Positions 10,840-23,274 of a stretch of DNA of 64,000 nt are shown piece by piece. The position numbers and the translations under genes were made by a program. Each line of letters begins with the position of its first letter. Positions within the stretch are counted from its first letter, which is position 1. Source of the stretch: Methanocellales archaeon (GTDB lineage: Archaea > Halobacteriota > UBA148 > JAUWXC01); assembly GCA_030018435.1 (NCBI GenBank), contig JASEEY010000002.1, forward strand, positions 28,544 to 92,543. The letters are read 5' to 3'. The notes under the pieces were generated by a model. That model did not search any database and was not told the DNA's origin. It was given only the letters and a program-made list of their open reading frames with translations.

Positions 10840-11271
10840 TCACTGGATCACTATGTCACCTATATCATGATGTCGTTGCGCTAACATCTTTGCTTTTTGT
10901 ATATTCCTTCCGTTTCGCCCTATGGCAAATCCCCTATCTCTTGGCGAGATTTCTACAAATGCTAAACGTTTATCCCTTTTGCTTACCACGCTCACATTTT
11001 TTACTGGCACGGGATGAAGCGCATTTCGAATAAACTCATTGACGTCTTCTGAGTGTTCCACGATTTCAACGTGCTTTCCTATTGCTTTTTTTACTCCGTT
11101 GATGTTACTGCCTCCTCTGCCAATGGCCAGCCCCATCTCTCCTCTCTTGATGACGAAAATTACCCTGTCGTGTTCATCATCGATGACGCAATCCTTTGCC
11201 GTAGCGCCGGTCAGGTTCTCGAATAGCGCGATATAGCGAATTCCTTCAGCGGTGAGTTTTACCTCACTCAT
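10840..11271 (-). CDS. nusA: Archaeal NusA (KH domains)
   Basis: MSEVKLT...GLAIGRGGSNI...AIGRNGRNI; conserved operon position. Confidence 0.95.
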   Translation of the reverse strand: MSEVKLTAEGIRYIALFENLTGATAKDCVIDDEHDRVIFVIKRGEMGLAIGRGGSNINGVKKAIGKHVEIVEHSEDVNEFIRNALHPVPVKNVSVVSKRDKRLAFVEISPRDRGFAIGRNGRNIQKAKMLAQRHHDIGDIVIQ

Positions 11272-11549
11272 CGAAGCACCGCCATGATGTCTGACTTGCC
11301 AGGATCTATAATCGCAAGGGCAGATATCGCGTATGGCTTGCCGCATGCCCTACCGAGATCTATGCTGGGTTTAGCGTAGTTAAAGATGGGAATCTTATCT
11401 TCTAACTCCTTCATTACGTGACGGGGGCAATTGGATGCGAGAATCACCAGTTGTGCATCGCTTTTTCTTGCCGCTTTTATTGTTTGATTTGAGCCGATGA
11501 CCGCTTTGCCAGTTTTTATCACATTTTGCAATGCCTTGTCTACGTCCAT
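11268..11549 (-). CDS. rpl30e: 50S ribosomal protein L30e
   Basis: KTGKAVIG...LASNCP...LGRACGKPY...IDPGKSDI. Confidence 0.96.
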   Translation of the reverse strand: MDVDKALQNVIKTGKAVIGSNQTIKAARKSDAQLVILASNCPRHVMKELEDKIPIFNYAKPSIDLGRACGKPYAISALAIIDPGKSDIMAVLR

Positions 11550-11553
11550 TCGC

Positions 11554-12933
11554 TTACTCCTTCGCTTTGTACATTAATTCAACATCGCCAGTTCCCAGTT
11601 GTATTGGTTGCCCTACAATTACATTTTCGGTAACTCCGGCTAGTTCATCAACATGTCCTTTTACACCTGCATCCAACAGATGATTCACCGTCACCTCAAA
11701 AGCCGCTCGTGAAAGCACGCTGGCCTTCTCGCCCGCTACGCCATGGCGTCCGATTTGCTTGACCTCTCCTTCTGCGGTTACCATGTCTGCCACCAGCATG
11801 ATATGGCGTATATCCACCTCGAGCCCCTGCTCTCTTAAGGTGTCCATCGCCTCGGATATGATAGCATTGCGCGCCGCTTCTATCCCCAAGACTTCAGCGA
11901 TTTCGTTGATGTTATTCGTTTTCGTCCTGCTGGCGTTTACACCTTCAAACTGAAGTACCCTCTTGAGCGCTGAACCCTCTGTATACAGTACGTACTCGCC
12001 ATTTTCTTTTCTGATTATAATCCTGTGGATCCCTTTGACACCTTTGAGCGTTATGCCCTTGACATCCTCCACCAATTGCAGCAATCCTCGGTATGAGTGC
12101 CGCCCTGGATTGACCGTGAGCTTCAATCCTTCCAGTTGTACATCTAAATTAGTTTCAGCGCCAACCTTTTTAGCGATTTCCTCAGCGGTAATATTTCGCC
12201 GAGATAGTATTTTTTCATTTAATTCAATCACTACCTGCATCTTTGCCATGTCAACAGCTATGCTTCCAACATCGATTATGTTGGTCTCTTCGATCTTCCA
12301 CCCCAATGCCCTGGCTTTCTCTCTATCCCTTGCATATTCTGGCTCAAGTTTTATCCTCATTATGGGCGTGCTCGGTACTTTTCTGGCATCAGCTATCTCT
12401 ATAAGCCTCGGTAATCCGAGGGTGACGTTGATCTCAGCCACTCCTGCATAGTGAAACGTCCTCATCGTCATCTGCGTACCCGGCTCACCTATTGATTGCG
12501 CTGCTACAATTCCAACCGCTTCGCATGGCTCAATTCTCGCCCTTTCGTACGCGTCAACGGACATTTGAAGGATGCGCTCCAGCTGTGCCTCTGTGGGTTT
12601 GACTTTGTTCAGATAGGTTCTGAGCTCATCGATTATGCTCAGCGGAAGTGGAAGCCCCTTCAGTTTTGAGTCAATTAATAGGGGCGTTACAGCGCCTCTT
12701 TCTTCTTTCTTGACTTTTTTCGTCGTTTTTGTTACCTTCGTGTCAATTTTACTCAATTTTTCCATCACTTTACCGGCAGAGGTTTTTGAAATCCCCGCTT
12801 TCATTACATCTTCGATGGAGGCCTTCTTCAATTTACCCATCGTGAATCCCGCATTGCATAGGGTTTCTGCCGTTTTTGCGTCGATGCCCCTTCTTTCTAA
12901 TGCCTTTACTGTATCCTTTTTAGCCAATCTCAT
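11554..12933 (-). CDS. rpoA2: RNA polymerase subunit A'' (Rpo1C) with an N-terminal extension
   Basis: [47 protein letters not shown]. Confidence 0.97.
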   Translation of the reverse strand: MRLAKKDTVKALERRGIDAKTAETLCNAGFTMGKLKKASIEDVMKAGISKTSAGKVMEKLSKIDTKVTKTTKKVKKEERGAVTPLLIDSKLKGLPLPLSIIDELRTYLNKVKPTEAQLERILQMSVDAYERARIEPCEAVGIVAAQSIGEPGTQMTMRTFHYAGVAEINVTLGLPRLIEIADARKVPSTPIMRIKLEPEYARDREKARALGWKIEETNIIDVGSIAVDMAKMQVVIELNEKILSRRNITAEEIAKKVGAETNLDVQLEGLKLTVNPGRHSYRGLLQLVEDVKGITLKGVKGIHRIIIRKENGEYVLYTEGSALKRVLQFEGVNASRTKTNNINEIAEVLGIEAARNAIISEAMDTLREQGLEVDIRHIMLVADMVTAEGEVKQIGRHGVAGEKASVLSRAAFEVTVNHLLDAGVKGHVDELAGVTENVIVGQPIQLGTGDVELMYKAKE

Positions 12934-15563
12934 ACCTCCGCTAAGTCCTGGCCGGTGACGTTTTGGACGATTCTGCGAACGTTTACGGATTTGCCATAGT
13001 CGCTTTTGGATGGATCGATGCCATCTTCTCCGTATTCAAACTGAACGATTAACCCTCTTGTATCTCGCACTGTCCCATCATATTTGACTTCGAGGTCTTG
13101 CAATGCGTTGATAAGTCTCCGTTGCAGGTAACCAGACTGTGACGTCCTGACAGCGGTGTCTACTAGCCCCTCTCTACCGCCTATGGCATGGAAAAAGAAC
13201 TCTGTTGGGCTCAACCCCTTCTTATAGCTGCATTTTACAAAGCCCTTAGCAGCAGCGCCTAGATCTCTCTTCTTGAAATGTGGAAGTGTTCTTTCATCAT
13301 ACCCTCTTGTGATTCTCTCACCCCTAACGGATTGTTGGCCAACGCAGGTAGACATCTGTGTCAAGTTTAGCACTGATCCTCTGGCACCCGAAATCGCCAT
13401 GGCTACCGCAGAATTGTCCAGACCTAGGTGCTGACTTGCGATGTTTCCGGCCTGGTCTCTGGCCTTTCCAAGCTCTTCCATGATCTTCATCTCCAGTGTT
13501 TCATCTATGGTCCTACCCGGCAAAGCATCAAGCTCCCCTATTTCATATGCATCGATCAAGCGCTTGACCTTTTTCTCAGCTTCCATCATGATCTCGTAAA
13601 TCTGGCTTTGTGCCTCCTGCGGAATGTCCTCATCATCTATCCCGAAACTGAAACCAAAATGCATTATAACTCTAATTGCCAATCTCGTGGCATTGTCCAA
13701 GAATTTTTTCCCCTCGGCGGGGCCAAACTCTTTGACTATCCTATCGAGAACCTGACCGGTAAAAGCCCCGATCGCTTTCTCGTCGATGGTTCCACACAAT
13801 AACTCGCCATTTTTAATCACTACATAGGCGTCCTTCTCGCACTCACTCTTTTTGCACACGTCACAGTTCTCACACGCTTTTGCTCTGTACGTTAGATCGA
13901 GCCCCTTGGGGAGCATCAAGCTAAATATCTGCCTGCCAGTCCAATACGGCTTGTCATTTTCATATATGGCGGGCTTTGGTAGGTTTTTGATATGTGACTT
14001 TCTCAGTAGCTCTAGGGCGTCGTTTTCGTCAAAGAGCGTTGTACCACGTGTTAGGAGGAACAAACCAGTTATATGATCATGGATGCCGCCGATGATAGGA
14101 CCGCCAAATCTGGGGGACAGCATGTTTCCCTCTACCGCTATCAAGATCCTCGCTTCCGCCCTTGCCTCCTCTGTCTGTGGTACATGGAGATTCATCTCAT
14201 CTCCATCAAAATCGGCATTATAAGGCGGACATACCGTTGGATTCAGCCTAAACGTCTTATGGGGCATGACCTTGACTTTGTGCGCCATTATGCTCATTCT
14301 ATGCAGCGATGGCTGCCTGTTGAATAAAACGGCATCTCCATCTTTTAGCTGTCTATCTACTTTCCATCCCGGCCCTAGCATCTCTGCCAACTCTTCACAA
14401 TTCCTGTCTGTTACCTTGATACGTTGCCCGTCAAGCCTCTTCACGTAATTGGCACCTGGATGTCTCTCCGGTCCTCTGCGCACGTACTCCTTGCACTCTT
14501 TTATGTTTAGGGGCGTTACGTTCATCGTGATCGTCATTTCCTTGGCGATTTCCACGGGAACACCGACTTCATCGATGTCAAGATTTGGATCTGGAGATAT
14601 GACGGTCCTTGCGGAGAAGTTCACCCTCTTGCCGGAGAGACTGCCTCTGAACCGCCCCTCTTTGCCTTTTAATCGCTGAGATAACGTCTTCAGCGGGCGA
14701 CCGCTTCTATGGCGTGCTGGAGGAACGCCGGATACCTCATTATCTAAAAAAGTGGTCACATGATACTGGAGCAACTCCCATAGGTCTTCGATAATCAGCT
14801 GGGGTGCTCCTGCCTCCCTATTTTCTTGAAACCGCTGATTTATCCGTATGATATCGACAAGTTTGTGCGTTAGATCATCCTCAGATCTCTGCCCACTCTC
14901 TAGGGTTATTGATGGGCGTGCGGTCACTGGGGGCACTGGCAGTACTGTAAGGATTATCCACTCTGGTCTAGCGTTACTCGCATCCATTCCGAGCAGCTCT
15001 ACGTCATCATCTGGGATGCGCTCAAGTCTGTCGCGTATATCAGACGGCATCAGTTTGTGCCCCTCTTCTATGTATGTGGTCGGCTTTTCGAACTTGATAT
15101 CCTTTTGTTCCTCCCCGCAATGGGGACACACACCTGTTTTGATGGAATCCTTGAACATATCTTTTATAACGTCATCAGTTGATCGTTTTATTTTTTTCAA
15201 TTTCTTGATATCATCTTGGTACTTCTTTTTCGCCTCTTCTCCCAGTAGCAGGCGTCCGCATTTGCGACATGTTGCCTGCAAAATTTTTCTAATCAGTTTC
15301 GCAAATCCGATATGGGCAACCGGGGCAGCAAGCTCGATATGGCCGAAGTGACCTGGGCACTCGCCAGGACGACCACCACATGTCCTGCACCGCAACCCAG
15401 GATCGATTACGCCTAGCCTGGGATCCATTAGTCCCATCTCGATAGGGAATCCATCACTATCATATGTATCAGCAGTGATGATCTTGGTGGCACTCATCTT
15501 TCTCACTTCTTGGGGTGAAAGAAGACCAAATTTAATTCTTCCTATCCTTTTCAGTTCGGTCAT
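12930..15563 (-). CDS. rpoA1: RNA polymerase subunit A' (Rpo1N)
   Basis: Catalytic [11 protein letters not shown] motif; CPGHFGHI; start at MTELKRIG. Confidence 0.98.
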   Translation of the reverse strand: MTELKRIGRIKFGLLSPQEVRKMSATKIITADTYDSDGFPIEMGLMDPRLGVIDPGLRCRTCGGRPGECPGHFGHIELAAPVAHIGFAKLIRKILQATCRKCGRLLLGEEAKKKYQDDIKKLKKIKRSTDDVIKDMFKDSIKTGVCPHCGEEQKDIKFEKPTTYIEEGHKLMPSDIRDRLERIPDDDVELLGMDASNARPEWIILTVLPVPPVTARPSITLESGQRSEDDLTHKLVDIIRINQRFQENREAGAPQLIIEDLWELLQYHVTTFLDNEVSGVPPARHRSGRPLKTLSQRLKGKEGRFRGSLSGKRVNFSARTVISPDPNLDIDEVGVPVEIAKEMTITMNVTPLNIKECKEYVRRGPERHPGANYVKRLDGQRIKVTDRNCEELAEMLGPGWKVDRQLKDGDAVLFNRQPSLHRMSIMAHKVKVMPHKTFRLNPTVCPPYNADFDGDEMNLHVPQTEEARAEARILIAVEGNMLSPRFGGPIIGGIHDHITGLFLLTRGTTLFDENDALELLRKSHIKNLPKPAIYENDKPYWTGRQIFSLMLPKGLDLTYRAKACENCDVCKKSECEKDAYVVIKNGELLCGTIDEKAIGAFTGQVLDRIVKEFGPAEGKKFLDNATRLAIRVIMHFGFSFGIDDEDIPQEAQSQIYEIMMEAEKKVKRLIDAYEIGELDALPGRTIDETLEMKIMEELGKARDQAGNIASQHLGLDNSAVAMAISGARGSVLNLTQMSTCVGQQSVRGERITRGYDERTLPHFKKRDLGAAAKGFVKCSYKKGLSPTEFFFHAIGGREGLVDTAVRTSQSGYLQRRLINALQDLEVKYDGTVRDTRGLIVQFEYGEDGIDPSKSDYGKSVNVRRIVQNVTGQDLAEV

Positions 15564-15571
15564 GGCGCCTC

Positions 15572-18500
15572 CTATACGGCATCCTCCAGTTCTAAGCGAG
15601 GTGCGATTCCAAGCGTTTTCATTTCGTCCAGTAGTAGTTTGAACGCGTAGCTCATCTCCACTGGATGTATATCTGTATCGGCTCCGCAATTAGGGCAATA
15701 TGCCACCTTTCTACGTCTGTCATACGTCGCAATCATTCCACAGTGACCACAGGCAAGTTCGGTTACTTTATCTGATTCATCCAACAATCGTTCCTTCAGG
15801 GCCATCGCAGCTCCGTGACCTATCAACACGTCTCTTTCCATCTCTCCAAACCTTAGGCCACCTTCCCTTGCCCTACCTTCGGTAGGCTGTCTGGTCAGAA
15901 CCTGTACCGGCCCTCTTGATCTAGCGTGTAGCTTACCGGAAACCATGTGGTACAACTTCTGATAAAGAATGACGCCAATGAATATGTCCGCTTGGATTCG
16001 TTCGCCGGTAATACCATCGTACATAACTTCTTTTCCCGTATGGGAGAATCCGAACTTCTTGAGCACTGCACGTAAATCTTCCTCCTTCTCACCGGAAAAG
16101 GCAGTACCATCAATTCTACGCCCTTCCATCGTACCCACCTTGCCTCCAACCATTTCGATCATGTGACCAACGGTCATTCTTGAAGGAATGGCGTGTGGGT
16201 TGATGATCAAATCCGGGACGATGCCTTGTTCCGTGAATGGCATGTCTTCATGTGGTGCTATCAGACCGACGACACCTTTTTGACCGTGTCGCGAGGCGAA
16301 TTTGTCCCCCAATTCAGGAATCCTCTGGTCCCTGACTTTGACCTTTGCCAGCCGTGTGCCATTTTCAGTTTCGGTTAAAATGACGGTATCTACAACTCCT
16401 TTTTCGTTTGAGCGCACCGTTATGGATGCCTCTCTCCGCTTTTGTGGAGTTATACCCCCGAGCTCTGTAGCCTCCTCCAGGAACCTGGGCGGGCTTGTTT
16501 TTCCTATCAAGGCGTCATTAGGACCAACTACCGTCTCCGGGTTGATCAAGCCATCCTCATCGAGGTGGGCATAAACCTCGCTTCCTCTGGCGCCCCTTAT
16601 CTCGGCATCGGGTATCTCAAATTTATCCTCCTGCCCTCCTGGGTATCTCCTCTCCTCGCCCTCATACGTCCTAAAAAAGTGACTTTGTCCTAGTCCGCGT
16701 TCTATCGAGCCCTTGTTGATGACTAGAGCATCCTCGATGTTATATCCTTCATATGAGAGTACTGCAACGACGAAGTTCTGACCGGCTGGCCGCATATCAA
16801 AACCAACAGCATCGGCCGTTTGTGTCTTAACAACCGCTAGTTGAGGATAGTGTAGCACATGTGCTCTTGTATCCGGTCTAAGTTTCATGTTCGATGCGGG
16901 TATGCCAAGCGTTTGCTTGATCATCCCGGCACCCATCGTATTGCGAGGCGATGCATTATGCTCAGGGTATGGAAGTATTCCAGTGCATATTCCCAAGATT
17001 AGTGATGGATCTACTTCGAGATGCGTATGCTCTTCGCTGATATCTGCTTCATTCATGGCGATAAACGTGTTTTCCTCCTCTTCCGCATCGATATACTCTA
17101 TCACGCCTTGGGCAACCAAATCATCAAATGTGATCTTGCCATCTTTCAACTGCTGCGTGTGCTCCTCAGTTAAGAGAGGTTTACCATCTTCTACGATGAT
17201 GAGCGGTCTTCTGGCCCTACCGGTGTCTGAATTTATTATTATTTCGTGAGTTTTCGGATGGTATGCAATGTTAATTTGGTTAGAAATCGTTCCATTTCGC
17301 CTTTTTGCCCTTATGTCTTTCACGAACTCTTGTGGGTTCTCATGCGTTCCTATGAGCGCTCCATCCACGAACACCCTACTCTTCCTCTTTGGTGTCTCTC
17401 CGTTGAACTCTCTCTTCAGAGGTTTGACACCGAGCTCATATGGCATGGTCTTTATTACGTTGGCATCCTCTACACCGATCGACAGCTCCACCATTTGAGC
17501 AAAGTTCTTGACCAATCCGCAGTTAGGACCTTCTGGCGTCTCAGAAGGACATATCCTGCCCCACTGCGTTGGGTGCAGATCCCTAGCCTCGAAATGTGGT
17601 TGCGATCTCGATAAGGGAGATATAACCCTGCGCAGGTGTGACAGCATCGCCATGTAGTCAGTTCTATCAAGTAATTGCGAAACTCCTGTGCGTCCGCCAA
17701 CCCAGTTGCCCGTAGCTAAGGGGTGCATCAGTCTTTCTGTCAGCACATCTGCCCTCACCGCTGTCTGAACGCTGAGCTCCCGATTCCTGATGCTCGCCCT
17801 TTCCAATTGATATTTGATATCTCTAGTAAGACGATTAAACGAAACCCGGAATAGGTCTTCCATCAAATCGCCAGCAAGTTTGAGTCGCTTGTTGGAATAG
17901 TGGTCTTTATCGTCTTCTCCTCTTCTTCCAAGGGCAAGTTCAAAGCACGCTTCGGCCATTCGTCCGAGGAAATGCGCCTTTGCGAGCCTACTTCCTTCAT
18001 CATCACCCAAGTGAGGGAGCAGATATCTATCAATCACGTAATTTGCTCGTTTCCTTTGGTAATCTCTAGCTTGACCAGCCGCAACTCTTTTGCCCAACTT
18101 ATCCATTGCCTCTTCTATCGTCTCAACTTCTGCCTCCTCCAGATTCTCCAGCATGAACTTCACTATTTCTGGGTCATCTGATACGGCATTCACGATCTCC
18201 TGGTCGCTCTCTAAACCAAGCGCCCTTACCAGGGTGACAAAATTGATTCTTCCTGCTACCGATGGGAATGACACCTCGAGAATGGAATTGCAACTTCTCT
18301 CTACAATGACCAGTGCCCTATATCCACGTCGTTGAGAAAAGACCTTAGCCACTTCAATTTTTTCACCGTACCTGTCGTCAAATTCCACGAGAATTTTGTT
18401 TGGTGCTAGGTCTTCTAGGCTTATTATGACTCGTTCAGCGCCATTTATGATAAAATAACCACCCGGGTCTAGTGGGTCATCACCTAATTTGGTCATCTCC

Positions 18501-18931
18501 TCGGGCGAGAGACGACTTAGGTTGCATTTATTTGACCGCAACATGATGGGAAGCGTACCTATCTCCGTTTCGACCTCATCCCCTTCCTCGATCTCACCGC
18601 TTTCATAATACTCTTTAACTATGGTCATTTTGAGATAAACTGGCGAAGCGTATGTGATGTTTCTTAACCGCGCTTCTGTTGGGAATAGCTCCTCCCGTGA
18701 GCCGTCCGCCTCCTTAACCATCGGACTTCCGACTCTTATTTTTCCGAGTTTGACATATACTTTGTATCTTCCTTGCGGATCCTCTTTTTCAATATCTGTC
18801 TCGATTATGCCCTGCTCATCGATGATTTTCTGGAGACCCACATCAAGGAATTTGTTGAACGAGTTGATATGGTGCTGAGCGATTTTTTCTCTGGCGAAAT
18901 ATGCCTTTGATAAGATTCTCCTATCTAACAT
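15572..18931 (-). CDS. rpoB: RNA polymerase subunit B (Rpo2, single unsplit ORF)
   Basis: [22 protein letters not shown] and [10 protein letters not shown] in one 1119-aa ORF. Confidence 0.98.
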   Translation of the reverse strand: MLDRRILSKAYFAREKIAQHHINSFNKFLDVGLQKIIDEQGIIETDIEKEDPQGRYKVYVKLGKIRVGSPMVKEADGSREELFPTEARLRNITYASPVYLKMTIVKEYYESGEIEEGDEVETEIGTLPIMLRSNKCNLSRLSPEEMTKLGDDPLDPGGYFIINGAERVIISLEDLAPNKILVEFDDRYGEKIEVAKVFSQRRGYRALVIVERSCNSILEVSFPSVAGRINFVTLVRALGLESDQEIVNAVSDDPEIVKFMLENLEEAEVETIEEAMDKLGKRVAAGQARDYQRKRANYVIDRYLLPHLGDDEGSRLAKAHFLGRMAEACFELALGRRGEDDKDHYSNKRLKLAGDLMEDLFRVSFNRLTRDIKYQLERASIRNRELSVQTAVRADVLTERLMHPLATGNWVGGRTGVSQLLDRTDYMAMLSHLRRVISPLSRSQPHFEARDLHPTQWGRICPSETPEGPNCGLVKNFAQMVELSIGVEDANVIKTMPYELGVKPLKREFNGETPKRKSRVFVDGALIGTHENPQEFVKDIRAKRRNGTISNQINIAYHPKTHEIIINSDTGRARRPLIIVEDGKPLLTEEHTQQLKDGKITFDDLVAQGVIEYIDAEEEENTFIAMNEADISEEHTHLEVDPSLILGICTGILPYPEHNASPRNTMGAGMIKQTLGIPASNMKLRPDTRAHVLHYPQLAVVKTQTADAVGFDMRPAGQNFVVAVLSYEGYNIEDALVINKGSIERGLGQSHFFRTYEGEERRYPGGQEDKFEIPDAEIRGARGSEVYAHLDEDGLINPETVVGPNDALIGKTSPPRFLEEATELGGITPQKRREASITVRSNEKGVVDTVILTETENGTRLAKVKVRDQRIPELGDKFASRHGQKGVVGLIAPHEDMPFTEQGIVPDLIINPHAIPSRMTVGHMIEMVGGKVGTMEGRRIDGTAFSGEKEEDLRAVLKKFGFSHTGKEVMYDGITGERIQADIFIGVILYQKLYHMVSGKLHARSRGPVQVLTRQPTEGRAREGGLRFGEMERDVLIGHGAAMALKERLLDESDKVTELACGHCGMIATYDRRRKVAYCPNCGADTDIHPVEMSYAFKLLLDEMKTLGIAPRLELEDAV

Positions 18932-18938
18932 GATCCTC

Positions 18939-19175
18939 CTAATCGACCACTAATCGATATGCTATTGATTTGCCGGCTGTAAGGCTATCCCTGATGATTT
19001 TAACGACATCGCCGGATTTGGCGTCTATCTCTTTACAAATAGGGTCCACACTCTTAATTTTTGGCAACTGCTCTTTGGTAATGCTATATTCAGTTAAGAG
19101 CGCCTCTACCTCTTTTTTTGAGATTATTACGTGTTCAGGTACCATCTCGTGGTCGAGTACATTGAATTTTTTCAC
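18939..19175 (-). CDS. rpoH: RNA polymerase subunit H (Rpo5)
   Basis: HEMVPEH...QLPKI..DP...[10 protein letters not shown]. Confidence 0.97.
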   Translation of the reverse strand: MKKFNVLDHEMVPEHVIISKKEVEALLTEYSITKEQLPKIKSVDPICKEIDAKSGDVVKIIRDSLTAGKSIAYRLVVD

Positions 19176-19195
19176 ACATCACCCTCGCATGTAGA

Positions 19196-19314
19196 CGGGC
19201 TCGAAGGGATTTGAACCCTTGGCCACCTGGTCTCTTTCCACAACTTACAGAAACGACCTTCCTTTAAAAAGTTGGTTAAAAGCCAGGTGCTCTGCCTAAC
19301 TGAGCTACGAGCCC
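19196..19314 (-). tRNA. tRNA-Lys(TTT) with a 45-nt intron (19232-19276) at 37/38
   Basis: GGGCTCG...CCTGG-CT-TTT-A^...AAAG-AG^A-CCAGG; CTTT/AAAG central helix of a BHB motif. Confidence 0.93.
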
Positions 19315-19520
19315 TTCTTTTGAACCTCTGCTCAAAGATGGATATGCGACATTCAAGCTCAGATACATTTACAACTCCAGACAAACCCTCACCATCGTTG
19401 TAGAAACCGGTTGACTGCACCGCTAATGCAATGCATTTATCTCATTTAAACTTTTCTCTCTCCACTGCAATTTAACAGAAAATATAATCTCTTTGCATGT
19501 ATTATAATCTTTTCGATGCC

Positions 19521-20747
19521 ATGAAAATAAGATTTCTCGGTGGATGTAGGGAAGTAGGGAGATCAGCGATTCTCGTAGACGGCATCCTCTTGGATTATGG
19601 GATGAAGCCATGCAATCCTCCGCTATATCCGCTTAATGGCTTACGTCCGTCATCCATCATCGTATCACACGCTCATCTGGACCATTCCGGCGTGGTTGCA
19701 AACCTGATGGATTTAAGGCCAGGGGTATTCATGACGCCGGTCACGCGCGACTTATCATTATTATTGGCCCATGATACGCTGAAAATCTCTAAACGGCAAG
19801 GCATCTTCCCGTTCGACATGGAGGATGTGCAACTCTTGATGCAGCGAGTCCAGCCGGTAACATATCAGGACTGTTTCCAAGTAGACGGCTACTCGGTCAG
19901 ACTTTTTGATGCAGGACACATCCCTGGGAGCGCATCTATCCATCTTGACGGCGAGAAACGACTGCTCTACACGGGTGACATCAACACGCTAAATACGAGA
20001 CTGTTAAATGGAGCATATGGTAGATATCCAGATGCAGATGTGCTGATCATCGAGAGCACGTATTTCGGGAGAACTCATCCTAATAGAAAAGAATTAGAAC
20101 GCCAATTCGTCGAATCGATCATTCAGACGCTGGACGATGGTGGAAGCGCGATACTCCCGTGCTTTGCGATAGGGAGGACGCAGGAAATCCTGATGATTCT
20201 GGATGCGTATGGTCTCAGTCCGTATGTGGATGGGATGGGTGTGGATGTGCAGCAGGTGCTCGAGAGACACCCTTCTTATTTGAGAGACATCGATGAACTT
20301 CAGGATGCATTTAACAATGCCAAGGTCGTCGAGCCTGAGCACCGCTCCTTGATACTCAAAGAACCATCCATTATCGTTACCACGGCAGGGATGTTAAATG
20401 GGGGGCCAGTGCTTTATTATCTGGGCAAGGTGCATGACGACCCCAGAAGCAAGATCCTTCTGACAGGGTATCAGATAGAAGGAACCAATGGATGGAGCGC
20501 ACTGGAAAGAGGGTATGTGGAAATAGATGGTGAGATGATACCGCTCAACATGCAGGTTGAGTATTATGACTTTTCTGCTCACGCCGATGATGCGCAGCTT
20601 AAGAAACTCATCAAAGGATGTAAAAATGTAGGGATGGTGTTTCCCGTGCATGGCGATGATGCTGAGGTTTTTGCTCAGTGGATTAGGAATAATTGCAGCT
20701 GTGACGCGATTGCGCCAAAAAACGGGGATGAAATTATACTGGATTGA
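19521..20747 (+). CDS. MBL-fold beta-CASP ribonuclease
   Basis: GGCREVGRS, SHAHLDH, AGHIPGS, ESTY, FSAHAD, VHGD. Confidence 0.92.
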   Translation: MKIRFLGGCREVGRSAILVDGILLDYGMKPCNPPLYPLNGLRPSSIIVSHAHLDHSGVVANLMDLRPGVFMTPVTRDLSLLLAHDTLKISKRQGIFPFDMEDVQLLMQRVQPVTYQDCFQVDGYSVRLFDAGHIPGSASIHLDGEKRLLYTGDINTLNTRLLNGAYGRYPDADVLIIESTYFGRTHPNRKELERQFVESIIQTLDDGGSAILPCFAIGRTQEILMILDAYGLSPYVDGMGVDVQQVLERHPSYLRDIDELQDAFNNAKVVEPEHRSLILKEPSIIVTTAGMLNGGPVLYYLGKVHDDPRSKILLTGYQIEGTNGWSALERGYVEIDGEMIPLNMQVEYYDFSAHADDAQLKKLIKGCKNVGMVFPVHGDDAEVFAQWIRNNCSCDAIAPKNGDEIILD

Positions 20748-20834
20748 AACAGATTGAATTAAAACAAACCGCATAATTTTTATAGGATGAGCTATAATGT
20801 GCCCCCAATTGTTAATGATTAACGAGGTGGAATT

Positions 20835-21017
20835 GTGGATATAGCTGAATACGTAATCCTTTGCGAACGATGCAAAACCCTTGTAATGGACGGCACCTCC
20901 AGTGAGGATGGTGAAGAACCCACCGCTTTGGAACTGTGGAGGAAAGAGAACCGACCAGGGATCCCGCACTGTCCAAAGTGCTGGTGTACGAGTTTGTCCA
21001 TTCAAAAAAGAAGGTAA
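20835..21017 (+). CDS. Small zinc-binding hypothetical protein
   Basis: CERC...CPKC; GAGGTG SD before GTG start. Confidence 0.6.
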   Translation: MDIAEYVILCERCKTLVMDGTSSEDGEEPTALELWRKENRPGIPHCPKCWCTSLSIQKRR

Positions 21018-21095
21018 TTAATTAAAAAAAGGGTTGCTAATCTAATAGACTTAAATCAACAACCCTAATTTCTAACTAAAAAATCTAGAGTTAAA

Positions 21096-21296
21096 CTATA
21101 CCACTTCAGCTATAGCGAATCGACGCATGACTTTGTTAATTTTAATCTTAATCTCGTCGCCCACCTTCGTGTTGGGAACAAATATCACAAACCCCTCGAT
21201 GCGGGCAATTCCGTCCCCTTCTCTAGCCATATCCTCTATCTTCACGTCGTACGTTTCCCCCTCTGTTACAGGGGCACTTGATTCTTTTCTATACAA
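21096..21296 (-). CDS. TRAM-domain RNA chaperone
   Basis: [14 protein letters not shown]...[15 protein letters not shown]. Confidence 0.93.
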   Translation of the reverse strand: MYRKESSAPVTEGETYDVKIEDMAREGDGIARIEGFVIFVPNTKVGDEIKIKINKVMRRFAIAEVV

Positions 21297-21403
21297 AACT
21301 TACACCTCTATCTCTGTATACATGACATAAGTCATGTTGTTAACAGAAATACCACCGGAAGTTTATAAAGGTTTGGCTGATAATGGGCGGGTTGGTGATA
21401 AAT

Positions 21404-21709
21404 GTGGCTAAAGGACTCCAACAACTATTTGTGTATGAACGAGATGCCAGCAGAATCGAACTGATAATTCGAATATTTTATTCGATGGCGATAGGCCTGG
21501 TATTGGGCATTTATGGTCTCCTTGCGAACATCTGTCTGTTTATTCAGTGGTTCGTGATATTGATACTTGGGCGCAGAAACGAATCATTGAGCAATTTTGT
21601 CAAGGGATATCTGGAATATTTTGTGTCCATACAGTCGTATCTCAACTGGATGACCGACGAGCGCCCCGGCATCATGCCAAAAGCAGTGGAGATACATATA
21701 AAGAAATAG
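21404..21709 (+). CDS. DUF4389-like membrane protein
   Basis: ASRIELIIR...QWFVILILGRR...YLNWMTDERP. Confidence 0.8.
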   Translation: MAKGLQQLFVYERDASRIELIIRIFYSMAIGLVLGIYGLLANICLFIQWFVILILGRRNESLSNFVKGYLEYFVSIQSYLNWMTDERPGIMPKAVEIHIKK

Positions 21710-21712
21710 GTG

Positions 21713-22351
21713 CTAACGCACTCTCCATTTCATCAAAATGCCCTCATCCATATTTTCAACGCCCAATAACTCTAATTTTATGGGCTCTTTAAATCCCGCT
21801 CCGTCCACGAGCGTTGGCGCATCCTTCCCACCAATGATCATATTTCCGATGTACACGTAGACCTCATCGACCAAACCCTCACAAATCAACCCCCAGTTGA
21901 GCGTTGCACCACCCTCCACCATCAGTCTATTGATGCCTCTACTTTTCAGTTCACCGAGCAATTCTGGCAGTGAAACATGCTTGTCGCCAACTATGATGAT
22001 CTCCGCCTTTTCCCTCAGCGCCTCAACTCTTTCGTAGGGCGCGGATCTGGATACAGCGATAATCGTTGGGCCGTCTTTTCTGGAGATGACTTCCGCATCC
22101 ATGGGCGTTCTCGCCATGCTATCCACAACCACTCGAGTCGGATTTTTTCCCCCAGACCTCACGGTTAAACCAGGGTTATCCGCCAAAACAGTGCCTATGC
22201 CGACCATTATGGCGTCTGCGCCCGCTCTAAGCTCATCAACCCGCTTCATATCGGCATCGCTCGATATTCTTATTTGCTTGCGTTCGTACGTGGATATTTT
22301 ACCATCAGCGCTCATCGCAGCATTGATAAAGACGAATGGTCTGGATTTCAT
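21713..22351 (-). CDS. arfC: 2,5-diamino-6-(ribosylamino)-4(3H)-pyrimidinone 5'-phosphate reductase (RibD C-terminal)
   Basis: NAAMSADGKI, VGIGTVLADNP, VEGGATL. Confidence 0.92.
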   Translation of the reverse strand: MKSRPFVFINAAMSADGKISTYERKQIRISSDADMKRVDELRAGADAIMVGIGTVLADNPGLTVRSGGKNPTRVVVDSMARTPMDAEVISRKDGPTIIAVSRSAPYERVEALREKAEIIIVGDKHVSLPELLGELKSRGINRLMVEGGATLNWGLICEGLVDEVYVYIGNMIIGGKDAPTLVDGAGFKEPIKLELLGVENMDEGILMKWRVR

Positions 22352-23202
22352 TTCCCGCCTCCGTAAGATCTCTCGTGGTAAAACAAATATTCCTGGGCAT
22401 AGCCAGCATACTTTCCGAAATACTCCCTTGCCAGCTCGCGGATTTTGTCATCGGATACGTTTTTGTCTTGAAAATATTCCCGTCGCATAAGTCTTCTCAT
22501 ATGTACATCGATTGGAAACGCCTCCAACTTGTCTAATGAAAATAGTAGGACACAATCAGCGACTTTATGCCCTACGCCCCGCAGATTCATCAACTCCTCT
22601 TTGGCATCCAGATAACTATGCTTTTTCAGTCTTTCTAAATCAAAATTATTTCCACTTACCAGTTTGGCTATTTCCAAAATCTCCCTTGCTTGCTTTTTAC
22701 CGTACCGAAATCCACACATTCCTAATTTGTCCAAAGTAGTTCCTGCGATTACATCTGGTTCAGGAAAAGTATACTCTATATGATCATCGGACTTAATCAC
22801 ATTTCCAAAATTTTTCGAAAGATTAAAAATTACGCTCTTTATTTTCTTAATCGGAGCGTTGCGTGAGCAAACATAAGAAATCAGACATTCCCAGGGGTCC
22901 TGACTGACCAGCCGTAAACCCCTGTATCTGGCGATAGCTTCCTTCATCAATTTGTCTTTACCAATCTGTCCGTATACTTTTTCCATATCATCGTCCAATC
23001 TAAAATAACTCGCGATTTCCTCCGCAGCAAGATCTGACTTTACAGTTAGAATCTCATCTTCCTGCTTTGCCAAGATGACGGAGTTTTTCACAACACCTAT
23101 CCATTCATCTCCTTTTTTCTGCCATCTAAAGACCTGGCCACAGCGCAGCGTGTGGTCTAGATTAAAGATCTGTACAGGTATTTGATGTAGTTTCATTTCC
23201 AC
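22348..23202 (-). CDS. ogg: 8-oxoguanine DNA glycosylase (OGG1-type HhH-GPD)
   Basis: TLRCGQVFRW, QDPWECLIS, GVGHKVADCVLLF, FPIDVH, AGYAQEYLF. Confidence 0.9.
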   Translation of the reverse strand: MEMKLHQIPVQIFNLDHTLRCGQVFRWQKKGDEWIGVVKNSVILAKQEDEILTVKSDLAAEEIASYFRLDDDMEKVYGQIGKDKLMKEAIARYRGLRLVSQDPWECLISYVCSRNAPIKKIKSVIFNLSKNFGNVIKSDDHIEYTFPEPDVIAGTTLDKLGMCGFRYGKKQAREILEIAKLVSGNNFDLERLKKHSYLDAKEELMNLRGVGHKVADCVLLFSLDKLEAFPIDVHMRRLMRREYFQDKNVSDDKIRELAREYFGKYAGYAQEYLFYHERSYGGGK

Positions 23203-23274
23203 TCTCCGATGCTTTTTTATCTTTTTGACCCTTTATATCAATACGTCCTGTGATTTATAAAAGGGGGGCTCTTG

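Noticed and set aside
19172-19420. 82-aa ORF upstream of rpoH
   Set aside because: Runs through the tRNA-Lys gene; no recognisable protein motif.
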